Positions 35,362-44,377 of a stretch of 64,000 nucleotides of DNA are shown here, in pieces. Each line of letters opens with the position of its first letter. Within the stretch, counting starts at the first letter, position 1. Location: the sequence record MH560358. One strand, written 5' to 3'. The notes below the pieces were generated by a model. The model made no database searches, had not been told where the DNA came from, and was given only the letters and a program-made list of their open reading frames with translations. This stretch comes from Escherichia virus KFS-EC. A program made the position numbers and the translations under genes.

Positions 35362-36018
35362 ATGCAAGTTTCTGAAAAAGGGAAAGACTTTTCTATCTCA
35401 AATGTCCTGCGCGCTATTTTCACAACTAAAAGCACGGAGTTGCTCGTACTTCGTGTTTTTGCTGCCGTCGTGTTGTCCATATTAGCATTTGTCGTTTATA
35501 GTAAAAACGAGTTATTTGCGCTTTATAAAGAGACTCGTTATGAGACTTATGCTCACGTTCTCCAGGTAGAGAAAGACCGCAATTTTGATAATGCAGCACA
35601 GGAGCAGTTACAGATAGTTCATGTGTCGGCTGATGCCGATTTTTCTGCTGTTTTTAGTTTTCGTCCGAAAAACCTAAACTATTTTGTTGATTTGGTGGCA
35701 TATGAAGGAAAGTTACCGCATACAATCGATGAAAAAAATTTAGGCGGATTCCCTATCAATAAAACGAGTGAAGAATATCGTAGGCATCTTTTAGGTAAAT
35801 CCTATTTTACCGATAAAGATTTCCAGTATATTCCATCAAGAGAAAAGAAATTAGAGAGTATCGATATAGGGGTTATGTATTCTTGTCCTATATTCAATCT
35901 CGACAATGTCTATTCTGGTAGTATCTCCATTGCATGGAAGAATAAACCGGATATTGACATTGAGAATTTAGATACTCTTTGCAATCAATCTGCCAGAATC
36001 CTCGGAAGGATTAGATAA
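35362..36018 (+). CDS. t: holin (T4 t family)
   Basis: 218 aa; single N-terminal TM (VLRVFAAVVLSILAFVVY) then large periplasmic domain; position after tail-fibre genes. Confidence 0.85.
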   Translation: MQVSEKGKDFSISNVLRAIFTTKSTELLVLRVFAAVVLSILAFVVYSKNELFALYKETRYETYAHVLQVEKDRNFDNAAQEQLQIVHVSADADFSAVFSFRPKNLNYFVDLVAYEGKLPHTIDEKNLGGFPINKTSEEYRRHLLGKSYFTDKDFQYIPSREKKLESIDIGVMYSCPIFNLDNVYSGSISIAWKNKPDIDIENLDTLCNQSARILGRIR

Positions 36019-36022
36019 CTTA

Positions 36023-36056
36023 AAGGGGAAGCCTTTCGGCCTCCCCTTCTTTTTAT
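36023..36056. terminator. bidirectional terminator between convergent holin gene and minus-strand gene
   Basis: GGGGAAGCC-TTTC-GGCCTCCCC hairpin flanked by A-run and T-run. Confidence 0.5.
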
Positions 36057-36301
36057 TGGCGCATAGAAGCCCCTGAATCACATTTTGACGCTGTATGATG
36101 AAAACAGGTAGCGTACCAGTCATCGGCTTGTTTGTCTTCGTCAGAAAACGCGTAATTGCGTTGTATGCCGTTTTCTACTTTGACCAGTGCAATAGCTGTT
36201 TCTGGAAGATCAATCAATCGGACAAAATCACCATCTTCCCACTCTACACGAGCAATATCATAGCCCATCTCAAAGTATACAATCGCTTGTTCTAATTTCA
36301 T
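36053..36301 (-). CDS. hypothetical protein (82 aa)
   Basis: ORF track. Confidence 0.4.
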   Translation of the reverse strand: MKLEQAIVYFEMGYDIARVEWEDGDFVRLIDLPETAIALVKVENGIQRNYAFSDEDKQADDWYATCFHHTASKCDSGASMRQ

Positions 36302-36627
36302 TCTGGAAACTTCCCGTAAACATTCTCTGCCAGCTTACGTGCATCTTTTACAATATCTTTCATATAATGACTATAATTTTTAGCTAGATCAATGATGCAA
36401 TCAACAAAGAAGTAATAGCGTCGCAGTGCTACCAGCTCAACATCTTCAAGATGACCATTTTCTCCAATCGCTGAAATATGTTTAAATTCCTTTCGGATCG
36501 CGTCCATCGCTACATTAACTTCTTTTATAATATCTTTCGTATTATATGCACCTCGACTAATCAAAATTTTGGTTAGGTCTTCTGCTTTTTCGTGAAAGTT
36601 GTCAATTTCAAACTCGATCATAATCAC
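36298..36627 (-). CDS. hypothetical protein (109 aa), paralog of 36736-37068
   Basis: C-terminal IVKDARKLAENVYGKF matches IVDEARIMTENIFGKF in the neighbour. Confidence 0.4.
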   Translation of the reverse strand: MIMIEFEIDNFHEKAEDLTKILISRGAYNTKDIIKEVNVAMDAIRKEFKHISAIGENGHLEDVELVALRRYYFFVDCIIDLAKNYSHYMKDIVKDARKLAENVYGKFPE

Positions 36628-36735
36628 CTCTCATAATTTCACGCTGTTGTTTCAACATTTTTTCGTGGTTTGCTAATTCTATACCTTGTAATAGCATAAC
36701 CAGTGCAATTTTCAATGATTCATCATCTTTCATAA

Positions 36736-37068
36736 TCAAAATTTACCGAAAATATTCTCTGTCATAATTCTTGCTTCGTCGACTATTTTCGTCATGTTCA
36801 TGGTGTAGTTATGATCATTTAGTGCCTTAATGACAACGAGCAAGGAATCTAAAAACACTCGATATCGGGTATATTCTACGCTATTTGTGAATACCGATGT
36901 TTTCTCTACTTTATCGATCAGATAGCCTAAAGCCGATAGCGCCTCGTTTACTTCCCTTGTTACTTTATCGGCGCTAAACAACACCGGATAAAGACGCGGT
37001 GTGATTAACCGCGCTGCCTCTTTCAATTCGGTCGCTTTCCATGATTCATATTTGTCATAGTTAAACAT
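36736..37068 (-). CDS. hypothetical protein (110 aa), paralog of 36298-36627
   Basis: ORF track; shared C-terminal motif. Confidence 0.4.
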   Translation of the reverse strand: MFNYDKYESWKATELKEAARLITPRLYPVLFSADKVTREVNEALSALGYLIDKVEKTSVFTNSVEYTRYRVFLDSLLVVIKALNDHNYTMNMTKIVDEARIMTENIFGKF

Positions 37069-37080
37069 TGTATAGTCTCC

Positions 37081-37413
37081 TTACAGATGAAAACCTGTTA
37101 CGATCACCGCGTCGATCATACCGCTAGGAATAAACGGTTCGCCCTCTTTTATTTCAACTTTGAATTGATGCCATTTCGCTAATACTTCTTCCGGTACACC
37201 CAGCGATTCGGCGTCTGCTTTAGTTTCATCCATAATCCAACTAGGCTGCATGAGAGCATAGTTTACATAGTCCATTTCTGGGGTCATGTCATCAATGTTA
37301 ATATATTTGCAGTTGACGCGTTTCAGAATTTCAAATTCTTTATTATCAACCTGTACCATGTATAATTCAGTAGTTTCTGGAATCAGTTCCCACACAATCA
37401 GTACATTTTTCAT
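37081..37413 (-). CDS. hypothetical protein (110 aa)
   Basis: ORF track. Confidence 0.4.
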   Translation of the reverse strand: MKNVLIVWELIPETTELYMVQVDNKEFEILKRVNCKYINIDDMTPEMDYVNYALMQPSWIMDETKADAESLGVPEEVLAKWHQFKVEIKEGEPFIPSGMIDAVIVTGFHL

Positions 37414-37421
37414 AGTTCACC

Positions 37422-37790
37422 TCACTTAACAAAGATTTTCTTTAATGCTTTCAGGATCGTTGCTTCCGGCGCTTCTTCCGGTGGAGGAAGCAATTCTACC
37501 ACTTCCTCTTCCAACTCGATATAGTCTACCAGATATTCTACATAGAATGCAAGTGCTTCCATGAAATTAGATGCTACATCCGATTCACCACACGCGCCTA
37601 CATGCATTGTATAAACATCACTGCGATCAAGTTTGTGGATGCTTCCAAGATAGTTTCGGTTATACCAGACTTCCCACACTTTCAACTTTCCGGTTTTGGT
37701 TGCTGTTTTATAATCGGTTTCGTAATGATGCAATTGACGTTGCAAATCATTGATAATAACACATTTTTCGTAATTGTTTTGAATTTCCAT
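37422..37790 (-). CDS. hypothetical protein (122 aa)
   Basis: ORF track. Confidence 0.4.
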   Translation of the reverse strand: MEIQNNYEKCVIINDLQRQLHHYETDYKTATKTGKLKVWEVWYNRNYLGSIHKLDRSDVYTMHVGACGESDVASNFMEALAFYVEYLVDYIELEEEVVELLPPPEEAPEATILKALKKIFVK

Positions 37791-37800
37791 GATGTAATCC

Positions 37801-37992
37801 TCACTTATCGTTAAGAAGTTCTAAAACTTTCTGTCGTACTTTGTCAATATTAGTTGATTCAAAAACTGTACGGTATCCCCAGCTTTGACCGTATGAGCGG
37901 TTGCAATCTCCATATCCCCATTGTTCAACCTGATAGTATTCAAGGAATGGGTGCTGCCGAACTATGATACCATCGCGATTAAAAATTACCAT
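37801..37992 (-). CDS. hypothetical small protein (63 aa)
   Basis: ORF track. Confidence 0.35.
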   Translation of the reverse strand: MVIFNRDGIIVRQHPFLEYYQVEQWGYGDCNRSYGQSWGYRTVFESTNIDKVRQKVLELLNDK

Positions 37993-38015
37993 AATATAAT
38001 CCTCACGTCAACAAC

Positions 38016-38297
38016 TTATTTTCGGTTGTACTTCTGCCACTTTCGGTAATACTGCTTGTAAAATTGTTTTGCGTTTTCACCATCTTTACTATACATGTTA
38101 TCTACCATCAAGTCAATAAGACCTCCCGGTGTCTGGTAGTTCCCCGCTCGGATAAGTTCTTTAATTAAATTGTCCTGATGATCTTTGTATACTACGTTAA
38201 TGATGGTCTTTTCTGCTTTCTTCGTCCCGATCATCCGGTGATTAGCTTTCATCGCATCCCACCAATCTTTTGTGATCTTCATGTTATTGAATTGCAT
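38016..38297 (-). CDS. hypothetical basic protein (93 aa)
   Basis: ORF track. Confidence 0.4.
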   Translation of the reverse strand: MQFNNMKITKDWWDAMKANHRMIGTKKAEKTIINVVYKDHQDNLIKELIRAGNYQTPGGLIDLMVDNMYSKDGENAKQFYKQYYRKWQKYNRK

Positions 38298-38308
38298 AAT
38301 TTAACCTC

Positions 38309-39067
38309 TTACTTGCAAACGTATTGATCTACATCAATTGCGCCACCGAATGTAGGATGACGTTTTTCGAATCGAATAGTTCCGTCGTTTGGTTCGAAAA
38401 CGGAGTATTCATATAGATCTTTCTTGCCAACATTCTTATAAAACCCGCCTTTAGTCATAACGGTTTCTTGTACGTTTGCTTTGTGTACGTTGTATTCATC
38501 AATGTATACAAAATCAACCATCTTCCCATTTTTAATTGTTACTTTAAGATCTCCTGGTTGGTTTCCATATTTTGCATACAGTGGGGCTTCTTTAATTTTG
38601 GTGGAAATTCCATCTTTCATACTCCACTCATAACGAACGGTGCATTGATAGGTAAAAGTTTCGACCTTCGGTTCTTCTACAACTTTTGCTTCCTGTTTCG
38701 GTTGTTCTTCGTCAACCTTCGCAGAAGTCTCTGAATCGCTTTCCGACGCAGTTTCTTCTTTAGGTAATACATTCATCAAGTTTTGAATTTGAGCGTTATA
38801 TACAGCCTCCAGTGGCTGAATCTGCCCGATATTGATCATTGTATCACGAACAGTTTTATTCCAGTTGCGTTGCTCTTGTTTAAGCGACAGATCAATCTTA
38901 ACAGCCTTAACATATACTTCATGAAGTTTAGAATCCAGTGCGGAGATTGACTCATTGGCACAAATAAACTTCTCTGATTTGGTAGTGGCTTTAGCGCAAT
39001 CAAAGGACGCAGCATTAGCACCGAAAGCAGTAGCAGAAAGAACGATAGCAGCGATAATGTTTTTCAT
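38309..39067 (-). CDS. secreted protein with DUF1311/LprI-like (lysozyme-inhibitor-type) N-terminal domain
   Basis: Signal peptide MKNIIAAIVLSATAFGANA-AS; then FDCAKATTKSEKFICANESISALDSKLHEVY...EQRNW pattern; own promoter. Confidence 0.55.
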   Translation of the reverse strand: MKNIIAAIVLSATAFGANAASFDCAKATTKSEKFICANESISALDSKLHEVYVKAVKIDLSLKQEQRNWNKTVRDTMINIGQIQPLEAVYNAQIQNLMNVLPKEETASESDSETSAKVDEEQPKQEAKVVEEPKVETFTYQCTVRYEWSMKDGISTKIKEAPLYAKYGNQPGDLKVTIKNGKMVDFVYIDEYNVHKANVQETVMTKGGFYKNVGKKDLYEYSVFEPNDGTIRFEKRHPTFGGAIDVDQYVCK

Positions 39068-39101
39068 AATATATTCCTCAATGTTTTGTCTTGATGGGAG
39101 T

Positions 39102-39130
39102 ATCTTACTACTCCCTTAATCCGGTGTCAA
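39102..39130 (-). promoter_or_regulatory. sigma70-like promoter TTGACA-N17-TAAGAT; hairpin GGGAGTAGTAAGATACTCCC (39096-39115)
   Basis: Upstream of gene 38309-39067; hairpin identical to 1522-1541 and 12117-12136. Confidence 0.5.
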
Positions 39131-39137
39131 CTACTTT

Positions 39138-39293
39138 TTAAATTTCTTCTACAGTAAAGTCTTCAATGTTGTTGTGCTCGGAGAACGTTGCCAGACCAGC
39201 ATTCCATGCATCATCCTCAGAGAAGAATACACCGTAACGTTCATATCCTTTAGCGCCTTCAAATTTAATCATTAATTTGTGAGTATGTTTCAT
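39138..39293 (-). CDS. hypothetical small protein (51 aa)
   Basis: ORF-track frame; start at internal ATG after GGAGAATCAAA leader. Confidence 0.35.
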   Translation of the reverse strand: MKHTHKLMIKFEGAKGYERYGVFFSEDDAWNAGLATFSEHNNIEDFTVEEI

Positions 39294-39324
39294 TTTGATT
39301 CTCCTTCGTTGTCTTGATGGGTTT

Positions 39325-39353
39325 AGTATAGGGGATCGCCGATCCCCTGTCAA
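39325..39353 (-). promoter_or_regulatory. sigma70-like promoter TTGACA-N17-TATACT with palindromic spacer GGGGATCGGCGATCCCC
   Basis: Upstream of gene 39138-39293. Confidence 0.5.
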
Positions 39354-39363
39354 CATCTATTTT

Positions 39364-39576
39364 TTAATTTTTACCCGCTCGTGCATTAATACGCATTTTC
39401 TGCATAGCCATGATCTGGCTTACTGCTTCTTCTTTACGTTCTTGCGTGATAACGTGACCAGATTCCGCAAACTCTCCCGCAACTTCTTCTACGATCTCGC
39501 GAACTTGAGAACGTCCAAAGATGCGGTTTCCTTCGTAGCTCATAAATTCAGTCACTACTTGCTCAATAGATTTCAT
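39364..39576 (-). CDS. hypothetical small protein (70 aa)
   Basis: ORF-track frame; start at internal ATG after GGAGAATCACATG leader. Confidence 0.35.
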   Translation of the reverse strand: MKSIEQVVTEFMSYEGNRIFGRSQVREIVEEVAGEFAESGHVITQERKEEAVSQIMAMQKMRINARAGKN

Positions 39577-39605
39577 GTGATTCTCCTTTCGTTTGGTATG
39601 GGAGT

Positions 39606-39634
39606 ATAATACTACTCCCATTTCTTTACGTCAA
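39606..39634 (-). promoter_or_regulatory. sigma70-like promoter TTGACG-N17-TATTAT; hairpin GGGAGTAGTATTATACTCCC (39600-39619)
   Basis: Upstream of gene 39364-39576. Confidence 0.5.
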
Positions 39635-39637
39635 CAA

Positions 39638-39799
39638 CTATTTTAAATTATTTTCGACCTTCACCCATTCCGCGTATTCTTGCGCGGCTACTTTCGGATT
39701 TAGTCCGTCTTCGTACATTGCATCAAGTAATTCTTTGTCGGTGGGCTTATACCCTAGATAAGCCTCCACCTGATTTTTCCAAATTTTATACCAGTTCAT
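39638..39799 (-). CDS. hypothetical small protein (53 aa)
   Basis: ORF-track frame; start at internal ATG. Confidence 0.3.
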   Translation of the reverse strand: MNWYKIWKNQVEAYLGYKPTDKELLDAMYEDGLNPKVAAQEYAEWVKVENNLK

Positions 39800-39803
39800 A
39801 TTA

Positions 39804-40076
39804 TCACCAATCAAGAGCGCGTGTCTCTGCGTCTTCCCATGCTTGATCCATAACAGCCTTGAAAACATATTCTAGAGTATCATCTTTAGAGAATCCGAAG
39901 ACTTTAGACGGAATATCTTCGATTGCTACTCCCGCAACTTCTGCATTACGCGCTTGGCAATAATGCAACTCTAAGTTATCGAGATAGCGACCGCCTAATT
40001 TCTCCATATCATCCCAGCATTTCCAGTAACCTACTTTATTTGCAATTGCTAACACTTTGCTGTTTTCGTTGCTCAT
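39804..40076 (-). CDS. hypothetical protein (90 aa)
   Basis: ORF-track frame; start at internal ATG after GGAGAATCAAAGATG leader. Confidence 0.4.
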   Translation of the reverse strand: MSNENSKVLAIANKVGYWKCWDDMEKLGGRYLDNLELHYCQARNAEVAGVAIEDIPSKVFGFSKDDTLEYVFKAVMDQAWEDAETRALDW

Positions 40077-40107
40077 CTTTGATTCTCCTTTTGTTTGGTA
40101 TGTGTGT

Positions 40108-40136
40108 ATTATGCGAGGCTGGATTCGTGAAGTCAA
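40108..40136 (-). promoter_or_regulatory. sigma70-like promoter TTGACT-N17-CATAAT
   Basis: Upstream of gene 39804-40076. Confidence 0.45.
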
Positions 40137-40144
40137 CAACTTTT

Positions 40145-40176
40145 TAAAATAAAAAAGCCGACCACAAGGATCGGCT
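40145..40176 (-). terminator. rho-independent terminator (AGCCGATCCTTGTGGTCGGCT plus T6ATTTT)
   Basis: Directly downstream of gene 40187-40582 stop on minus strand. Confidence 0.6.
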
Positions 40177-40186
40177 TAATAATCAG

Positions 40187-40582
40187 TTACTTACTAAATT
40201 TCTTTTTGGCTTCGTCTACCGCATGAGATGCCAGTACCGCAGCCGCATGTGCACTTTTATCTGTGTTGCAGAGAACGCCCAGATAAACATCACGCCAAAG
40301 TTTAATCATCTCGTAGATCATATCAATATCATTTTCTTGTTTGTTGGCGATGCTATTCGTCGTTATCTGGTAAGGTAACGGCTTGATCTGTACTGGTTCC
40401 GCCATCGGGCTAATCGGTTTCGGATCAGTCATAATAGGTGCTGTTGTGGGTGGTGTTTTCCATACATCATTATTCCACGGTTTAATCGTTGTGTCGTAAA
40501 GTTTATAAGGATTTTTGTCTGGGTCAACCATCCATGCATGATGAGTACCCAAACCATTTGAAGTGATGCGTCGTTCAGTCAT
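40187..40582 (-). CDS. hypothetical proline-rich protein (131 aa)
   Basis: ORF track. Confidence 0.4.
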   Translation of the reverse strand: MTERRITSNGLGTHHAWMVDPDKNPYKLYDTTIKPWNNDVWKTPPTTAPIMTDPKPISPMAEPVQIKPLPYQITTNSIANKQENDIDMIYEMIKLWRDVYLGVLCNTDKSAHAAAVLASHAVDEAKKKFSK

Positions 40583-40784
40583 ACTTTCCCTCCAAAAATT
40601 CTTTCATCAAATAGTCTATCGTTGCTCTGTGTTCTGGTGTGTTTGTTATCTCTGCTAACTTATTCAGAGATTCAATAGTGATCCGGTTGGCTTCTTCCAT
40701 AGTCTCAACGACCATTGGCACAATCTTTTTATTGTTGTACACAAATGCAATATAACCGCCTTCTGGATATTCTTTCATAATCAA
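40575..40784 (-). CDS. hypothetical small protein (69 aa)
   Basis: ORF track; overlaps neighbours. Confidence 0.35.
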   Translation of the reverse strand: MIMKEYPEGGYIAFVYNNKKIVPMVVETMEEANRITIESLNKLAEITNTPEHRATIDYLMKEFLEGKYD

Positions 40785-42142
40785 CCCTTCTTAAGTTCTT
40801 TAAGATCTTTCTTATATTCCTTCATTGCGGTCGTCTTTGTCCAATACTCATATTCACTATGATGTTTATCGGCATCTTTGACCAGTCGATCATACTCTTC
40901 TTGAGTAACGCTATATAATGGCATAGAAACTAGCTTATCGGCGTATGGACGCAGTTTTTCATGTCCATTTATGGATTGCATTACCTCGGCCTTTTTCTTG
41001 CCCTGTAGCTCGATTTCGCCCTTAATTACGCGATCGATAAATTCGGCTTTAGCCATTGCATAATTGTATGCTTCCAGCGTTTCCGCTTGCATCAATTCAA
41101 TGCGTTTATCGACATACCCTAATCGGATTTCGACGAATCGACGGATCAGATCGCTCGCTTTCTCGAATACTTCTACTAAACCACGTTCGTTAACTACTAC
41201 GATATTCTGGGCTACTAACTGCGTTAGTTTAAAATCCTTCATGATTTGCTCATGTCGAGCGGATTCATCTTCGCTTTTGAAATAATCGCGTTTCAGTGTT
41301 ACTTCAAATCTGAATCCGTCCTTAGAGCAACGGTCATTATACGATACAATCAGATCTTTTTCTTCCAGTGCATCCAGTACCGCTACATATTCTTCACGGT
41401 CGAACTTATAAGGAACTTCTGATATTGTCAGTTTAGTCTTGCCGTTTAGTTCATATGTACCCTCAAGAATCACACCATCGCGATCATCTCGCGGGATAAC
41501 TTTACCTGTGAATTTCGGGAATTGAACACTAGGTTCTTTATCCAGTTTTCCGGCAAGTGCTAGCTCTGTGCATTCAATAAGGCTTTCCAGTGAATGCGGT
41601 AAAATGTCAGTTTTATACCCTGTAGCAATACCACTAATACCATTAGCCAATACCATTGGCACAACTGGCAAGTAGAAAGCTGGCGGGATGTGTTCCAGAT
41701 CTTCGTGCTTAGGTGCGCAATTCATATCTTTATAGATTTTAAAGAAGTTTTCATGCACACGAGCAAAGATATAACGTGCCGCACCTGCTTTCTGGACTAA
41801 ACGCGATCCGAAGTTACCTTGACCGTCAAGCAGTGGAGTATTATTGCTCCATGTATTCGCCATGAGTGATCCGGCTTCTACGGCATTAGTTTCCCCGTGG
41901 TGATAACCCAACTCAGCAACACCAGATCCAATATCTGCCATCTTACGGAATTTCTTACGGTCGCCTTTACTCTTTTGCAAAGCACATTCCATAACAAAGC
42001 GTTGCACTGGTTTAAGTCCGTCTACCAATTGAGGAATCCCGCGTTCCTCGGCAGAATAGATCGCATATTCCTTAGCTTCATTATGTACAATGCTTTCAAG
42101 GCTGCGGTAAGTAACTGATTTATTCATCTTCACCTCATACAC
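40781..42142 (-). CDS. 52: DNA topoisomerase II medium subunit (GyrA-like cleavage-religation)
   Basis: 453 aa; LKPVQRF and GYHHGE motifs. Confidence 0.85.
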   Translation of the reverse strand: MYEVKMNKSVTYRSLESIVHNEAKEYAIYSAEERGIPQLVDGLKPVQRFVMECALQKSKGDRKKFRKMADIGSGVAELGYHHGETNAVEAGSLMANTWSNNTPLLDGQGNFGSRLVQKAGAARYIFARVHENFFKIYKDMNCAPKHEDLEHIPPAFYLPVVPMVLANGISGIATGYKTDILPHSLESLIECTELALAGKLDKEPSVQFPKFTGKVIPRDDRDGVILEGTYELNGKTKLTISEVPYKFDREEYVAVLDALEEKDLIVSYNDRCSKDGFRFEVTLKRDYFKSEDESARHEQIMKDFKLTQLVAQNIVVVNERGLVEVFEKASDLIRRFVEIRLGYVDKRIELMQAETLEAYNYAMAKAEFIDRVIKGEIELQGKKKAEVMQSINGHEKLRPYADKLVSMPLYSVTQEEYDRLVKDADKHHSEYEYWTKTTAMKEYKKDLKELKKG

Positions 42143-42497
42143 GCTTACAAATCACATTCTTTACTTTATCAGATTTATCAGCCCAATCCAATAGCCATTT
42201 TAACGGAAGGATTGAAACAATAAACGGGGCAGCAATCAAAGCAAACATGATACACCGGATAATCAGGAAAGCGCAAGTAACAAAGCTAGCGATACTGATC
42301 CCGACAAAACAAAATACCATAGAAAACAGAGTAATGATATAGAAAGGCCAGAATACCCACTCCCGCATCTTAACGCCTTTGTATTCTCTGAATTGCTTAA
42401 AATCTACAAACAACTCTCGGATAGACGCATACAGGACCGAAAAATCATCTTTCATTGCTCTGAATGAGCAATCTTCTATTTTAGAATGACCTAGCAT
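42135..42497 (-). CDS. hypothetical membrane protein (120 aa)
   Basis: Two to three hydrophobic segments. Confidence 0.45.
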   Translation of the reverse strand: MLGHSKIEDCSFRAMKDDFSVLYASIRELFVDFKQFREYKGVKMREWVFWPFYIITLFSMVFCFVGISIASFVTCAFLIIRCIMFALIAAPFIVSILPLKWLLDWADKSDKVKNVICKRV

Positions 42498-42499
42498 TA

Positions 42500-42793
42500 T
42501 TAACCGCCTTTCATCATTGATACTGGAATTGTTTTCTGATTTGTGTATAATTGGCCTACTTCAATTTTTTCTTGAATCACCACGACGTTACAATATCCAC
42601 TGTCTTTAAGTTTTCTGATAATGACTCGCTTTTGTTCGTCGGTAATAGGATTGACTGTTCTCACCAATTCACCGCAAATAATAGCACCATCTTTACAATT
42701 ACCAGTAACTTTCATGCTACGACCGTGAACAACAACCACGTCACCGTAAATCACATTTTCGTCGTCGTATTTGGTAATAACCGTTACCGTCAT
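42500..42793 (-). CDS. hypothetical protein (97 aa)
   Basis: ORF track. Confidence 0.4.
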   Translation of the reverse strand: MTVTVITKYDDENVIYGDVVVVHGRSMKVTGNCKDGAIICGELVRTVNPITDEQKRVIIRKLKDSGYCNVVVIQEKIEVGQLYTNQKTIPVSMMKGG

Positions 42794-42805
42794 AATGTAT
42801 TCCCT

Positions 42806-42832
42806 CTAAGAAAGGCCGCGCAAAGCGGCCTA
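42806..42832 (-). terminator. hairpin AGGCCGCTTTGCGCGGCCT followed by TTTCTT
   Basis: Downstream of gene 42839-43165 stop on minus strand. Confidence 0.45.
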
Positions 42833-42838
42833 TGTTGA

Positions 42839-43165
42839 TTATTGTTCTACAGTATAGCCGTTGTTTTCAAGCCATGCAATAACAATCTTTTCACCAATTT
42901 CATCGAGCATTTCATCAGCGCCATATTCTTTGATGAAAATCGATGGATCATTATTGCTTACTACGTGCTGGATCACAACATGTTCAGGAATTGCGTCTAG
43001 CAGTTCGCTATGATCATACTCATTAACGATATCTTCAACACTAACACTATTAACCAAATCAACATCATCCATAGTCACAGTAACGCGACCGGACGGACGA
43101 AGTGAATATTGGCTACTTTCAACTTCAACATGTGCACTTTCGCAAGTAACTTTCATATCAACCAT
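42839..43165 (-). CDS. hypothetical acidic protein (108 aa)
   Basis: ORF track. Confidence 0.4.
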   Translation of the reverse strand: MVDMKVTCESAHVEVESSQYSLRPSGRVTVTMDDVDLVNSVSVEDIVNEYDHSELLDAIPEHVVIQHVVSNNDPSIFIKEYGADEMLDEIGEKIVIAWLENNGYTVEQ

Positions 43166-43179
43166 AATTAATTCCTCTG

Positions 43180-44181
43180 TTAGTAATGGCTAAAACCTTC
43201 GGTTACATCTTCAACCACATAGTAACGATGACAGCGCATTTTGGCATTCGCATAATCTTTCGGAATACTTACAACATGACGCGGATCAACTTTACATTTA
43301 ATGATTCGGCCTCTTCCACCGCCATAGTGCGGAATATAGTGTTTCGCTGCAACGTGGAGGCCATTAGAGCAAGTGCGATCATCATCTGGGTCCACGTCTT
43401 TACGCTTCATTTTAACCGTGCGCCCTGGGCTATTATCAAACGTATGCGTAAAGAAATCTTTATAATCAACATCAACACGTTTCCATGCATAGAAACAACC
43501 ATCTTCCCCGATCTCAATGTCGTTGTGCTCTAAGAAGTCAAACAGACGATCTACGGCCTTACGGCTAGGGTTTTTCTTGCACTTCTCAAAGAAGTTCAGA
43601 TAGTGCGTATATGGCTTATTCTCTTTAATCGACTCCACAACTCGACGAGTCAGATTATTATCAAGAACAATATTATGATAATACACAATACCATTTTCGA
43701 TACGGAAAGCGCCGTGATAATATACTTCAACCGCTTTCTTAATGTCAATCAGCGTAATTGCTTTAATAAAATCATTCTGCTTAACCGCTTCCAGTGCTTC
43801 ATTAAAGTTAACATGTGATGGATCAGCAGTATAAACAATGTCACCACATGTAATAGTAATAAACTTAGTTGAGGCTATGGCTACGATTTTTGAGGAAGTA
43901 GTCACGGGCTTTTTTGCGCGTTCACCGCCTTTTCCTTTACTGGTTTTACGGCGTGCTTTACGTTTTTCTAGTGCCTTGCGACCTTCCGCTACTGCGTCTT
44001 TCTGAATCAGTAATACGCGGGAAGCAGTACGACGAGATACACCAAATGCTGCCGCAAGTGCTTCGCGGGTAGTAAACTTACCTTCGCCCCACTGTTTAGC
44101 CAGTTTGATTTGTTTTTCAGAATCCAGGCATTGAACGTTACGGTCAGAGACGGTGATTTTTGCTTTAGTCATAGTATTCAT
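43180..44181 (-). CDS. rIIB: rIIB-like membrane-associated protein
   Basis: 333 aa; position downstream of rIIA; conserved stretch RLFDFLEHNDIEIGEDGCFYAWK...FDNSPGRTVKM. Confidence 0.75.
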   Translation of the reverse strand: MNTMTKAKITVSDRNVQCLDSEKQIKLAKQWGEGKFTTREALAAAFGVSRRTASRVLLIQKDAVAEGRKALEKRKARRKTSKGKGGERAKKPVTTSSKIVAIASTKFITITCGDIVYTADPSHVNFNEALEAVKQNDFIKAITLIDIKKAVEVYYHGAFRIENGIVYYHNIVLDNNLTRRVVESIKENKPYTHYLNFFEKCKKNPSRKAVDRLFDFLEHNDIEIGEDGCFYAWKRVDVDYKDFFTHTFDNSPGRTVKMKRKDVDPDDDRTCSNGLHVAAKHYIPHYGGGRGRIIKCKVDPRHVVSIPKDYANAKMRCHRYYVVEDVTEGFSHY

Positions 44182-44234
44182 TCCTCTATTAGTTGGGCGA
44201 CTATCGCCGCCCGATTCACATCATTATACCAGAA

Positions 44235-44366
44235 TTATTTTGCTTCGACAACCTTGCGGATTGTGCGGTCTGATACATTATAGATTCGTGCCAGTTCGCC
44301 TTTAGTCAAGCCGCGAGCGTATTGTTTACGGATGGTTTCTTTCTGGATAGCGGTCAGTTTAGTCAT
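44235..44366 (-). CDS. hypothetical small helix-turn-helix-like protein (43 aa), not in ORF track
   Basis: ATG with SD; ARGLTKGELARIYNVSDRTIRKVV resembles an HTH; coordinates +/-1. Confidence 0.3.
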   Translation of the reverse strand: MTKLTAIQKETIRKQYARGLTKGELARIYNVSDRTIRKVVEAK

Positions 44367-44377
44367 AATATCACCTC

